Translations under genes and position numbers: made by a program
In this document: piece by piece, positions 10,083-19,023 of the stretch
Position numbering within the stretch: the first letter of the stretch is position 1
Layout: each line of letters opens with the position of its first letter
Origin: a virus
Taxonomy: Duplodnaviria > Heunggongvirae > Uroviricota > Caudoviricetes
Length of the DNA: 51,231 nt
Direction: 5' to 3' (one strand)
IMG/VR virus record: IMGVR_UViG_3300042691_040811
The notes under the pieces: generated by a model
Told to the model about the DNA's origin: nothing
Seen by the model: only the letters and a program-made list of their open reading frames with translations
Databases searched by the model: none

Positions 10083-10478
10083 CTAGGGCTCAACCCTAGT
10101 CGGGAGGCGCCTAAAGATGGCAGGATAGGGGACAGGGTCGGCCTTGAAATTGGCCGGTAGGGAAGGAACATCGTGGGGCAACCAATGAGTGCCTATTTTG
10201 TGGCAAGAAAACACCCAGCTATCGTGGACAAGGAAAGGGCTTGATAAGCCGGGGTTGCCGGGGTTAAACCGCCAACATTGCCCTTTGCTATTGCAATCCT
10301 TGGCCTCAGGTTCCCTTTCCGTGTAGGGAATGGGGGCAAGTTGTTGATCAGATGAGGAGAAAAGGTCTAGCAAAGCATCTGCCTGAGCGTCAATGCCCAG
10401 GCTGTGCCAGTGTTCCACCTTCCTCAAGGCCTCAGCTAGCGTCCTGGCGTTCTTCATTTCAACCCCCGGTGATTCCAC
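10083..10478 (-). CDS. DUF551-like family protein
   Basis: PIPYTEREP..DC...G.CW...W...THWLPH motif shared with five other ORFs in the window. Confidence 0.6.
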   Translation of the reverse strand: MESPGVEMKNARTLAEALRKVEHWHSLGIDAQADALLDLFSSSDQQLAPIPYTEREPEAKDCNSKGQCWRFNPGNPGLSSPFLVHDSWVFSCHKIGTHWLPHDVPSLPANFKADPVPYPAIFRRLPTRVEP

Positions 10479-10492
10479 GTTATTGTAGCCAT

Positions 10493-11359
10493 TTATCCGT
10501 CTGAAGTCAAGTCCCCCTCGGCAACCGCAGGGACGGAAACCCCAAGGTCATTCAGGTTCTTGATTAACTCTTCAACTTTTTCCCTTTTAACCTTGAGATC
10601 CTTGTCCTTTTTGTAAGAAACCCAGTCCTCTGGCGGGGTTATCCAGGGGTTTGCATCAAGAGTACCTTGAATGTTCCCTCCAGAAAACCCAGTTCTCCAT
10701 GCCCTTACATCGTTATCCAAGAATAACTCTAAGAGCTTGGTTTTTGCCTCCTCCTCGCTTTTGCAAGGGTGCATCTCTTTCCATGACCCGCTACCATCAT
10801 AGTATTGATTTAACTTCCACTTTGTCTTGAGCTTGTAACCCTCCTTTACTTGACCAAATAGGCATAGAAGCCTGACCCCTTTGTCACAAGATTCGTTAAT
10901 CTCTAACTCCTCCTTAAAGGTTTTGATTGCATAGCCAGAATAAGACCTTACAACAAAGTGCGTAATCCTGCCTTCAAGAAAGTCTAAGGCTTGGCCTATA
11001 CAAGGATACTTTTCGTTATTCTCCTTAATTAGCTTCAAGTTTGACGAAAGGGCGGACTCCTCTTTACGAAGCCTCTCTATGGTTTCGTTCAATCCCTCGA
11101 TAATCTTCTCCTTCTCCTGGATTACTGAGCAATACTCTTTGGCATACCTTTCAACAGGAGGTTCGGAGAACAACTCATCTACAACTTCGATCTTACTATC
11201 CCTGATGCTTATGCTGTGACCATAAAACTCGTCATACTCCCCTGTGGCAACCTCAAAGATAACAGAGACAACATGAGAGTGCTCATCTACAGGGCACACG
11301 TAGGATGCCTCTCTACCGTCAAGTAGAAACACCTTGTCGCCTTTGTTGAAGTTTTTCAT
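10493..11359 (-). CDS. Hypothetical coiled-coil-containing phage protein
   Basis: 288-aa ORF with a central heptad-like segment. Confidence 0.7.
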   Translation of the reverse strand: MKNFNKGDKVFLLDGREASYVCPVDEHSHVVSVIFEVATGEYDEFYGHSISIRDSKIEVVDELFSEPPVERYAKEYCSVIQEKEKIIEGLNETIERLRKEESALSSNLKLIKENNEKYPCIGQALDFLEGRITHFVVRSYSGYAIKTFKEELEINESCDKGVRLLCLFGQVKEGYKLKTKWKLNQYYDGSGSWKEMHPCKSEEEAKTKLLELFLDNDVRAWRTGFSGGNIQGTLDANPWITPPEDWVSYKKDKDLKVKREKVEELIKNLNDLGVSVPAVAEGDLTSDG

Positions 11360-11369
11360 AGGGGGTAGT

Positions 11370-11780
11370 TCAGTTGGGTTCTGGCAGGGAGATGAGAAAC
11401 TCCCTTAGGGCAATCATTTCCGGGCAACGCCGAAGAGAGTCGGCATAAATCCTGACGCCATCATAACCTTTGTAGTTATGCCCATTTAGTCGTAAATGTT
11501 CTTTACAACCCTCCTCTGTAAGGGCAACCATTAAGACCTCATCGACTAGGGTGAAGTAGACCTTTCTTGCCCACTTTGGAGGGTTATCCTCATCGGCGGG
11601 TGGTTCCATTTCCTCACAGTCGTCCGTGTTGATCCACACATAATTATCCTCCCCATAGTCAGGGTCTATTCCATAGATGCGGCGTTTACCTCTGACTTGG
11701 AAGATCGGGTCAGCCGTACAACGGTTGTCCTGCTCCCTTAACCTCTTCCCGATTTCCAAAAGTTCCTTAGGGATTTCCAC
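11370..11780 (-). CDS. Ead/Ea22-like protein
   Basis: EIGKRLREQDNRCTADPIFQV...CKEHLRLNGHN...IYADS...EMIALREFL resembles the Ead/Ea22 family signature. Confidence 0.6.
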   Translation of the reverse strand: MEIPKELLEIGKRLREQDNRCTADPIFQVRGKRRIYGIDPDYGEDNYVWINTDDCEEMEPPADEDNPPKWARKVYFTLVDEVLMVALTEEGCKEHLRLNGHNYKGYDGVRIYADSLRRCPEMIALREFLISLPEPN

Positions 11781-11972
11781 TGGTAGTTTGGGTTAGGTCA
11801 AGGGTGAGTGAAAGAGACGTCACAAGGTTCACAAGCCTCTCCATTAGGCCCCTTAAACCTCACGAACACGACCTTGTTATTCCAGGAGGATAAAACCCCA
11901 TACTCCTCCTTACAGTATTCACGGTGATAGCGGACATGACGTCCCACGTCTTCTTTGGTTAACTTGCTAGGG

Positions 11973-12266
11973 TCAATCATTGCTCTTAGGAGTGACTTCT
12001 TCATCAGGAACAACCTGCTTAACAATATAGGAGCCGTCCCGGATAAACCCTCTACGGAGGTTGCCGGTCAGGGGGCTCACGTCCCAGCCGCACAGGGGGA
12101 CCAGCTTTTCAGCGATGCTGGCAAAGTTGTCGAGGTCCACCCCATACTTGCTGATAAACGCATCCTCAATCTTCTCAATGTCCTTATCCTCCTCTGGAGC
12201 GGCGACACCTAGGACAGCGGCGGCAAGCTCCGCACTTTCCCAGTGGTCTATCATTACACGATCCAT
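11973..12266 (-). CDS. Hypothetical protein
   Basis: 97-aa ORF in the tiled run. Confidence 0.55.
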   Translation of the reverse strand: MDRVMIDHWESAELAAAVLGVAAPEEDKDIEKIEDAFISKYGVDLDNFASIAEKLVPLCGWDVSPLTGNLRRGFIRDGSYIVKQVVPDEEVTPKSND

Positions 12267-12302
12267 AGGTGCTGAGGGGTGCTGAGGTTACAGTGTAGCA
12301 CT

Positions 12303-12578
12303 CTAGGCCGGGGGTGGCAACCCCTCGCTAAGAAAAGGCTGGGGGCTGGGGGTGAAGTTAAGCTCAAACCATTGTTCTTCGCTATTGCAATACAAGAGTT
12401 TGGGGTCTTGCCCATCCGGGTGATACCAAACCAGCATATTGAGCATCTTACCTTCACCCTCTACAGGGGCTGACTTCCCCCTACGGAGCTTGTAAGTTAT
12501 CCCCTCAGGGTATTCAGGGCAAGGGAGCACAATGGTGATTCCCTTTTCACCATCAAATCCACAATCTAAAGGTTTCAT
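12303..12578 (-). CDS. Hypothetical protein; paralog of 18775..19023
   Basis: MKP...GFDG.KGI....PC.E.P.G..Y.L.RGK...LVWY.P.G.D..LLY.N shared by both. Confidence 0.75.
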   Translation of the reverse strand: MKPLDCGFDGEKGITIVLPCPEYPEGITYKLRRGKSAPVEGEGKMLNMLVWYHPDGQDPKLLYCNSEEQWFELNFTPSPQPFLSEGLPPPA

Positions 12579-12610
12579 TTTTCCGGGCTATCGGGTAAAT
12601 GGCCAACCCC

Positions 12611-12910
12611 TTAATTACGAAGTTGACTCGCTACTTTTTTAATCAGGTCTTGGGTATCCAACTCTTGATTTAGCTTCCCCAAATCGAAAAGGTTTGTGAA
12701 CCCTCCCTCAGGGGTTTCCTCGCAAATTTCCCACAAGGTTTTTCCTTTCGGGAAGCCATCAGACAACGCAAGTAAAGAACAGGATGCCATGAGGCAACAT
12801 TTCTCACATAGAGATTTACAGGGCTTACTAGCAGCGGGGCGATTCACTAGGCAAACGGACTCAGCAATGCTCCGAGCCAACTTACTCAGCTTCCTTTTCC
12901 TTTCCCTCAT
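12611..12910 (-). CDS. Hypothetical Cys-rich protein
   Basis: 99-aa ORF with Cys clusters. Confidence 0.45.
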   Translation of the reverse strand: MRERKRKLSKLARSIAESVCLVNRPAASKPCKSLCEKCCLMASCSLLALSDGFPKGKTLWEICEETPEGGFTNLFDLGKLNQELDTQDLIKKVASQLRN

Positions 12911-13484
12911 AGGTTTTTGATTGAGTATCGAGGGACGGGATTAGTTTGTCAGCAGCGCTGAATACACGGTCCCACCCAACACCGTATAGACGTCCGTATG
13001 AATCCTCAATGTACCTAAGTCCAGAGACAGCGTCACGAGCAAGTTCCTTCAAGTCCCCATAGTTGTCATCAACAGAGACGTAAAGATCAATCGTGTCCCC
13101 CTTATTCTCCAAACACCAAACCTGTACTGAACGGGAGTCATCGTTTGGCATTATTAGGTTGTACCTTACTTCGCCCTCAGAACCCTTAGTAGTATCAACT
13201 ACATTCTCTTCGTAAGCACGCTTGGCCCCCCTAAGAGCCTCGTTAGGTTCCATGGGGTTTAAAAGAGCCTCAGCAAGTTGAACTTGATCCTCAGCAGATA
13301 GAGTTATCTGACGGGCCTCACATGGTGGTTCCCCACTAGAACAACTTTCAGTCCTTGGGCATCCCCAACGGTCTAGAACCTCTAGGGCAAAGAGGACGGC
13401 TCCATCCTCTTCATCCTTGGACTTCCACCCCAACCTCCAAAGCTTCCGGATATCCTCCTCTGTGGGGGTATTGTTATCAATCAT
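12882..13484 (-). CDS. Mosaic hypothetical protein (probable start MIDNN at 13484)
   Basis: Contains LARDAVSGLRYIEDSYGRLYGVGWDRVFSAADKL, also present in 19990..20514; the start overlaps the upstream stop. Confidence 0.65.
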   Translation of the reverse strand: MIDNNTPTEEDIRKLWRLGWKSKDEEDGAVLFALEVLDRWGCPRTESCSSGEPPCEARQITLSAEDQVQLAEALLNPMEPNEALRGAKRAYEENVVDTTKGSEGEVRYNLIMPNDDSRSVQVWCLENKGDTIDLYVSVDDNYGDLKELARDAVSGLRYIEDSYGRLYGVGWDRVFSAADKLIPSLDTQSKTYEGKEKEAE

Positions 13485-13831
13485 CAGACTTTGGGCAAAG
13501 GGATAGCGTTGAACGGCAGGAGGAACTGATGGACGTAGGGGAATCGTTTCGCCCAATCTACGGGACCGTAGATCCAGACCAGATCCGCCCCGTTGATTTG
13601 GCAACCTCCAAGCCAGCAATAACCGTTACCATCACACCACCCTGGACGCTCCCAGGGGCACTCAGACGACGGAACGGGCTCAAGGGACGGTGCCTCGGGA
13701 GCTTTCACCAGGGTATCCATAGCATCTACAACATCGCTAACAGCCGCTCTAAGGGAGGGATTGCCCCCCTCAAGCCTCAGGTCATGGATCTCGTTGAGCA
13801 AGCGGTAAACAGCAGTGTTCAGGTCCGTCAT
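13484..13831 (-). CDS. DUF551-like family protein
   Basis: PVPSSECPW...WCDGNGYCW...FLLPFNAIPLP; first gene after a promoter. Confidence 0.6.
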   Translation of the reverse strand: MTDLNTAVYRLLNEIHDLRLEGGNPSLRAAVSDVVDAMDTLVKAPEAPSLEPVPSSECPWERPGWCDGNGYCWLGGCQINGADLVWIYGPVDWAKRFPYVHQFLLPFNAIPLPKV

Positions 13832-13850
13832 TGGTAACCCTTAAAGAGTG

Positions 13851-13903
13851 GCGGCTTAGCCGCTTTACCTCGTTATTGTAACATCGTTCCCCGTGAGGGT
13901 CAA
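13851..13903 (-). promoter_or_regulatory. Sigma70-type early promoter with 5' hairpin
   Basis: TTGACC-17-TACAAT with TG extension, followed by GCGGC-TAA-GCCGC-CAC. Confidence 0.75.
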
Positions 13904-13908
13904 CCCCC

Positions 13909-14253
13909 TTAATCTTTTCGGGTGCGTCTGATGGTTCCCTCCCCATCAGAGTAAATCTCTTGTGAGGACGGTCTGTGCCTAAAGTAAACGCTCCATAGCC
14001 CATCTTCACATTCCATATCACAGTAGAACTCAGGATGGTCTATGTACCAACCCTCTACCCCATCCTCTCTAGACCCAAGCTCTTTAACGCAAGTTCTGCT
14101 GGGAAAGTCTGGGTCAGCAAGTAGGGACTCTGCAATGGATAAACTAGGGTCATAACCCAAGTCGTTAAGAACCTTGCACTTCCTTAGGGCATTGTAAACA
14201 GATGCTGCCAGGTCTCTCAACACCCTTTCCGAACTGTTAGTTGTACGGTCCAT
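13909..14253 (-). CDS. Hypothetical protein
   Basis: 114-aa ORF in the tiled run. Confidence 0.5.
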   Translation of the reverse strand: MDRTTNSSERVLRDLAASVYNALRKCKVLNDLGYDPSLSIAESLLADPDFPSRTCVKELGSREDGVEGWYIDHPEFYCDMECEDGLWSVYFRHRPSSQEIYSDGEGTIRRTRKD

Positions 14254-14425
14254 TTTCTCTCGACAGGTCTCCTAAGATAGACTTTAGGTCACTCACTGTA
14301 AGAGTTGCCTCTCTAGTTTCGTGACCTGAGTTCAAGGTCAGGATTTCCTCCTGGTCAACTCCCCTCATTCTAGAAAGCTCTTTTAGAAACTTCCTGACTC
14401 GGTTAGCAGAGTGTTCACTAGTCAT
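14237..14425 (-). CDS. Hypothetical protein
   Basis: 62-aa ORF overlapping the next start. Confidence 0.5.
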   Translation of the reverse strand: MTSEHSANRVRKFLKELSRMRGVDQEEILTLNSGHETREATLTVSDLKSILGDLSRENGPYN

Positions 14426-14498
14426 TGACGGTGTATCCCGGATTTACCCTACGGACAACGGCCTTAAGGCCTGCATAATGGCAGTTTTCATTACTTCT

Positions 14499-14726
14499 TT
14501 ACTTGCAGGACTGGTAGGCATCCCAGTAAACATCGGATAGCTCCCTATCTGTTACTTTGTTATCCGGGTCGTAGAAACACTTTGATAGGGCATAGTAGCA
14601 TAACCAGGAAACTTGCTGGGCGGTTACATTACCTATGAGACATGCACCAGGTTCCCAACTTAAGGCACATTTGAGAGTTTCCTCGGCAATGTCTTTAATG
14701 GAGGGGTTGTCCGAGTAGTCAGTCAT
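14499..14726 (-). CDS. Hypothetical protein
   Basis: 75-aa ORF with ATGA-type coupling to the upstream gene. Confidence 0.55.
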   Translation of the reverse strand: MTDYSDNPSIKDIAEETLKCALSWEPGACLIGNVTAQQVSWLCYYALSKCFYDPDNKVTDRELSDVYWDAYQSCK

Positions 14727-14941
14727 GACGTTGGTGATTCGTTTCTAGCGATAGCAGCGTTAGCCCAGAAAATAGCTTGCTCTAGGTTGGTTAGAGCTAA
14801 AGATTGCTCCCTGGATTGCGGAGTAAGGTTTAAAATAGTATCCGCAAGAGAGCGAGCTTGGCTGCGAAGTTGGTTGTAGCGCTCTGGCTGATCTCCGAAC
14901 GGGGCGTGATAAGTGAAGTTGGTTTCAAGGTTGTAACTCAT
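14723..14941 (-). CDS. Acb2/Tad1-like helical-hairpin protein (putative anti-defence nucleotide sponge)
   Basis: NFTYHAP..DQPERYNQLR...TPQSREQSLALTNLEQAIFWANAAIARN; the C-terminal helix resembles the Tad1 SRE...ALT..EEA..W motif. Confidence 0.65.
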   Translation of the reverse strand: MSYNLETNFTYHAPFGDQPERYNQLRSQARSLADTILNLTPQSREQSLALTNLEQAIFWANAAIARNESPTS

Positions 14942-14948
14942 GGTTTAC

Positions 14949-15206
14949 TCATGTGGTGGATTTACTTTTACCCATCCATGCTTTTTTAACAGCACGGAAT
15001 AGTACAAAAATAGAGTTGTACACTTCGCTAACCGACTCCAGAATTCCCCCTAGCATACCTTTGACTGCCCCGACCCCAAGGTGGTAAACTGAGACAGTGA
15101 CTACAACAGGTATTGCTATAGCCAAGGTAACTATTATTAGAGGTTTCCTTAAGAGGTGGGATTCAATACTTGCCAGGTCTTTTGGAAGTCTTGCTCTCAT
15201 AATCAT
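14949..15206 (-). CDS. Small membrane protein
   Basis: Hydrophobic segment PLIIVTLAIAIPVVVTVSV. Confidence 0.5.
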   Translation of the reverse strand: MIMRARLPKDLASIESHLLRKPLIIVTLAIAIPVVVTVSVYHLGVGAVKGMLGGILESVSEVYNSIFVLFRAVKKAWMGKSKSTT

Positions 15207-15592
15207 TCCCCCTGGCTAGGGTTAGCGTCTTCAAAACTGGCGGGAACCCACTGAGGTGTATGCTTCCAAGGGGGTTGTCTCCACACTTTGTCCCAAGGGG
15301 AATACTGAGGGGTTTTCCAATCTTCATTCATAGAGAGAACACAACCCTCCCCATCTGCATCTTCTTTGGTGGGCGCCCTGTCAGTGATCCATTCTTCCCC
15401 GCTGGGTAGGTGGGCAGGCGCCACCCAACTTTCTGTATGCGTCCAGTGCGCCCCCACCATCACATTGCACCATGCTATCGGAGTGTAAGAGCTAGTGTGG
15501 GAACCTACAAATCTTACATAAACATCACCTTCCTCGTCAGCATCCTCAAAGGTTGGCGAGCGATCCGTAATCCACCTATTGTTCACATCCAT
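15203..15592 (-). CDS. Tandem two-domain DUF551-like protein
   Basis: WITDR.PT.EDAD.EG.V...W..V....W.HT..WV.. occurs twice. Confidence 0.7.
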   Translation of the reverse strand: MDVNNRWITDRSPTFEDADEEGDVYVRFVGSHTSSYTPIAWCNVMVGAHWTHTESWVAPAHLPSGEEWITDRAPTKEDADGEGCVLSMNEDWKTPQYSPWDKVWRQPPWKHTPQWVPASFEDANPSQGE

Positions 15593-16080
15593 TCTTCACT
15601 CCATTCAGTTTTTTTCTTAATAGCAAAATTAGCAAGTTCCTCTAATGTATCACATTGAGGTATGGAAAACTTTTGGCAAACAATGTCTACGTTTCCCTTT
15701 CTCCAGAACCCATCAGGGCAACAAATTGCCAACTTGCGTGAGGCAGCACAGAGGCCCAACTCCAGGAGAGAAATAGGGCTTTTTGTTCCGGGCTGCAGAT
15801 ACATCAGGATCAAATCAGCCCTATTTAAAGCAGCAAGTTCCCACTCAACTTGTTCCCTAAACGGAGGATTATCAGAGCGCTGCTCCCAACTTGAGTCCCA
15901 ATCGTCCCTCCTCGGATTATAAATGATAAGACTGTGGTCCTTAAGTAAATCTTGCAGCTCAATTTGCCAATCCTCAGCAACCCCCATCTCAATAGAGCCT
16001 GCTAAGAAAATAGACAATCCTTCGTAACCTAAAATTGGAGAAGGCGGTTTAACAACAATGTTTGTTCCCATAGTGTTCAA
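15583..16080 (-). CDS. Nucleoside 2-deoxyribosyltransferase-like protein
   Basis: IFLAGSIE...WQ, YNPRRDDW, QVEWEL..L..AD, SPISLLELG. Confidence 0.8.
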   Translation of the reverse strand: MNTMGTNIVVKPPSPILGYEGLSIFLAGSIEMGVAEDWQIELQDLLKDHSLIIYNPRRDDWDSSWEQRSDNPPFREQVEWELAALNRADLILMYLQPGTKSPISLLELGLCAASRKLAICCPDGFWRKGNVDIVCQKFSIPQCDTLEELANFAIKKKTEWSEEWM

Positions 16081-16277
16081 TCCAAATAAGCAACTTCCCA
16101 GGTAGGGTGGAGTAGTAGGGGGCGTTGATCCCCCTCAAGTCTAACACGGATGTAGGGTCCTGACGACCCCAAAATCTTTCCCTCCCTTCGCTGACCATTA
16201 TCCCCACCTGTATAGACGATTTTCCTCCCTCTAAAAGCAGGTACTCCGTAGAAGTTTCGTATGTAGTTCAAACTCAT
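16077..16277 (-). CDS. Hypothetical protein
   Basis: MSLNYIRNFYGVPA.RG...HPTW, a recurrent small phage ORF pattern. Confidence 0.6.
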   Translation of the reverse strand: MSLNYIRNFYGVPAFRGRKIVYTGGDNGQRREGKILGSSGPYIRVRLEGDQRPLLLHPTWEVAYLD

Positions 16278-16510
16278 TGCTCTGGTTTTTTACTCTTTGA
16301 TCTTAACTTTTCTAGAGCTTTCTTTAACTTTTCGTTACTCTCATCAATCCTTTTATTGTGCTGCTCAAGCTCCCTGACACTTTCCTTTAAAGATTCTAAT
16401 ATTTCCCTCTCCATCTTTTCGTTTTCCTTGGTTATCTTTACAGTTTCTACAATTAAAAGAATGGATAGTGCAATAAGGGCAGCATCTAAAAGATTCCAAA
16501 GAATTGCCAT
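16274..16510 (-). CDS. Membrane-anchored coiled-coil protein
   Basis: N-terminal hydrophobic helix followed by an E/K-rich coil. Confidence 0.6.
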   Translation of the reverse strand: MAILWNLLDAALIALSILLIVETVKITKENEKMEREILESLKESVRELEQHNKRIDESNEKLKKALEKLRSKSKKPEQ

Positions 16511-16655
16511 AGTTTAAACCAACCTATTTTTACAGCAGGGTCATGACTTTTGAGGGGACCTACCCTGAAACGAACAGGCTTACCTTTCTCCCTCCAGCAA
16601 TCGCTCAGACTCAAGTAAAAAAGCCCATTTTTCCATTCATGCCTAATTAACTTGA

Positions 16656-16844
16656 TCATTTTTCTTTGCAAAGGGAAACCCCTATGGTAGAGGCAATTGC
16701 CAAACAAACGACTACTTTAACCCAGCTTGCATCGTAATTAGGATTTGTAGGAACAAGGTGAAACAAATTACCACATACGGTAAACCCACAGGTGAACACT
16801 GTTAGAATGGCAAATGCTTTCAGCGGGGTTGGGATTTTACTCAT
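16656..16844 (-). CDS. Small two-TM membrane protein
   Basis: Two hydrophobic segments. Confidence 0.5.
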   Translation of the reverse strand: MSKIPTPLKAFAILTVFTCGFTVCGNLFHLVPTNPNYDASWVKVVVCLAIASTIGVSLCKEK

Positions 16845-17213
16845 CTAGCTCACTCATATAAGGATTCAAGGCTTTCTGTCAGTACCTCAAAGAGAGACCG
16901 AGAGATTTCTGGAATACTTTCTACGTCGTTGCTCAGGATAAAGCTCTCAATGAACTCTAAAGACTTCTTAGCTTCTCTCTCATTAAAAACTAAGGTAACA
17001 CTAGAACTCTCGTAAGGGAAAGAGAGGGGAAAGAGTTGGCTCAGGAGTCTATCTGCTAAACTGGAAAGTAAAGGGTCACAAATATCCCAGTATCTTACTA
17101 TAAACTCCTTCAGTTCCTGACTCTCTTTGCCACTAAGACGCAAGAAAGAAGCTCTTTCAGTGGTAAGTTCCATTAGTATCGTGATAGGTGAAGGGTGACG
17201 CTTTTGTAAAGCG

Positions 17214-17486
17214 TCAAACAGAGTGTTTGACGAAGGAATTAAGGTCAATAAACTCCCCTGACCACCCTTCAGCATTACGGGCAATTTGGTAGGCAGCCAT
17301 TGATGTCTTAATAGCCCGAGAGGCAATTTCATAAATGCGGGAAGCATCCTCCTCAGAAAGCCCCGTCATGCCTTGCACATCATGCTCTTTTACACCATCC
17401 ATTAGGTTAGCCAAAGCCCAAATCAATTCGGACTGAGATGGGATTTCCACTTGGCCAACGGACGGGGATCCAATAGTGAGACTCAT
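17214..17486 (-). CDS. Early hypothetical protein; paralog of 9291..9509
   Basis: Shared W-AL...DGVKEHD...TGLS motif. Confidence 0.7.
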   Translation of the reverse strand: MSLTIGSPSVGQVEIPSQSELIWALANLMDGVKEHDVQGMTGLSEEDASRIYEIASRAIKTSMAAYQIARNAEGWSGEFIDLNSFVKHSV

Positions 17487-17500
17487 GGTTCTTCAGCGGT

Positions 17501-17556
17501 GGCGGCCTCAGCCGCCTTACTTTGTAATTGTAGCACCCTCGCCCCCAGGGCGTCAA
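17501..17556 (-). promoter_or_regulatory. Sigma70-type early promoter with 5' hairpin
   Basis: TTGACG-18-TACAAT (TGCTACAAT), followed by GGCGGC-TGAG-GCCGCC-AC. Confidence 0.8.
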
Positions 17557-17852
17557 CCCCTGCTAAGCTCACAAGGATTATTCGGATTACAACCAACAAA
17601 ATTGCTATTTAGTAGGCCGACACTTACCTGAATGTGACCCAGTTTAAGCTCAATGTCCAAAAGGGATACCTTTGATAGAATCTTAACCCATAGGTTGACC
17701 CCACCGCCCGAAATCACATAGGAACGATCCTTTGGGTTTTCCCGGTCAAAGAAAAACATTAGGAGGTTTTTGTTGCCTACCCTAATAAGTTCTAGACAGG
17801 CATAAAACTCCCCTCTCTCATCCAGATTTTTCTCAAATTTCCAAAGCTTCAT
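17553..17852 (-). CDS. Hypothetical protein
   Basis: 99-aa ORF directly after a promoter. Confidence 0.55.
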   Translation of the reverse strand: MKLWKFEKNLDERGEFYACLELIRVGNKNLLMFFFDRENPKDRSYVISGGGVNLWVKILSKVSLLDIELKLGHIQVSVGLLNSNFVGCNPNNPCELSRG

Positions 17853-17867
17853 TTTTCTCTTAGATGT

Positions 17868-17922
17868 GGCGGCTCAGCCGCCTTACACAAACATTGTGGC
17901 ATCTTGCCCAGAGAGTTGTCAA
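17868..17922 (-). promoter_or_regulatory. Sigma70-type early promoter with 5' hairpin
   Basis: TTGACA-18-CACAAT (TGC extension), followed by GGCGGC-TGA-GCCGCC-AC. Confidence 0.7.
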
Positions 17923-17932
17923 CCCTTAAGAA

Positions 17933-18400
17933 TCAAGGCATGGGCAAATCCTTTAAGGAAACCCAGTGGGTGTAACGTTTGTTAATGCGATCAAACTCCT
18001 CTGGCTCACACTCGTCCTCAAACACACAGGTATCCTTAACCCAAGCTCCGTGCAAGGAATCAAACCACAAAACCTCCCCCCACTTATCCACATCGTCCCC
18101 ACTAGGTTGCCTCTCTGCAACAGGTATGATCCTTACTTTTGACCATAACTCTAAAGTGGTTTTACTATTTTTAACTAAATACCCCACTCCATCACAAACT
18201 TCACATTTCTCCGTGTCAACCTCTGCCCAGTCGTAATCAGGGTAATCATCCAAAAAGAAATTGTTAGCTTGCTCCGGGGTTAATTCCCTATACAATGAAT
18301 CATGAGGGCGCTCCTTTAGTGTAAATTCTAAATACCAGATGTCCCCGGTACCATTGCACCTGGGGCACCTCATTGCTTCCCTCCCTTCAGTTTCCATCAT
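17933..18400 (-). CDS. CxxCxGxG zinc finger fused to DUF551-like domain
   Basis: N-half resembles 6863..7162; C-half IPVAERQP..D.D.WG.V.W...YTHWVSLKDLPMP. Confidence 0.7.
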   Translation of the reverse strand: MMETEGREAMRCPRCNGTGDIWYLEFTLKERPHDSLYRELTPEQANNFFLDDYPDYDWAEVDTEKCEVCDGVGYLVKNSKTTLELWSKVRIIPVAERQPSGDDVDKWGEVLWFDSLHGAWVKDTCVFEDECEPEEFDRINKRYTHWVSLKDLPMP

Positions 18401-18433
18401 TTTTCTAAAATAATAAACTACCCAGTTTAATCG

Positions 18434-18754
18434 TTAGAAAAGCCCTGCATAGTTATCATCTAAAACATCTTTAAAGCTCTTTGCAGGTTTAGGGTAACGA
18501 CCATGTTCTTTCAGAACCTTTCTAACCCTTTGTAAGGCATTTACCATAACCTCCCTGTCAGGTTCCAAATTTTCGTCTTCAAAATCAGAAAGAACACTTT
18601 CTACTTGAGCCAGCTCAAAGAGAAGGTCGTTTTTGTCGTCAATGGAGTGAGACCAACTACCTGCGCTGAAGTTTTCATCATACACAAACTCCTTTCTCTT
18701 TTCTTCATCAAGGTCCTTAAGGACCACAGTGAAGTAATTTTTTGAAAATTTCAT
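18434..18754 (-). CDS. Hypothetical protein
   Basis: 106-aa ORF. Confidence 0.6.
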   Translation of the reverse strand: MKFSKNYFTVVLKDLDEEKRKEFVYDENFSAGSWSHSIDDKNDLLFELAQVESVLSDFEDENLEPDREVMVNALQRVRKVLKEHGRYPKPAKSFKDVLDDNYAGLF

Positions 18755-18774
18755 CTTGCCTCAAGTAGGGTAAA

Positions 18775-19023
18775 TCAGTCGAAGGGTTTATCGACAGGGA
18801 TAAAGTCTAGTCTAAAGAACTTTCCTTCCCTGTTAGCATACAGCAAGGTAGCATCTTTACCCTCAGGCGTATACCAGACAAGTTGGTTACAAAAGTTATA
18901 GCTCTTTGAGGGCTTATTTTTACCCCTGAGAAGTTGGTAAAGAGTTCCGTCAGGGAACTCCTCACAAGGTGGAATTAAAAAAATTCCTTTCTTACCGTCG
19001 AACCCTGCTTCAGTTGGTTTCAT
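18775..19023 (-). CDS. Hypothetical protein; paralog of 12303..12578
   Basis: Shared motifs listed under 12303..12578. Confidence 0.75.
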   Translation of the reverse strand: MKPTEAGFDGKKGIFLIPPCEEFPDGTLYQLLRGKNKPSKSYNFCNQLVWYTPEGKDATLLYANREGKFFRLDFIPVDKPFD

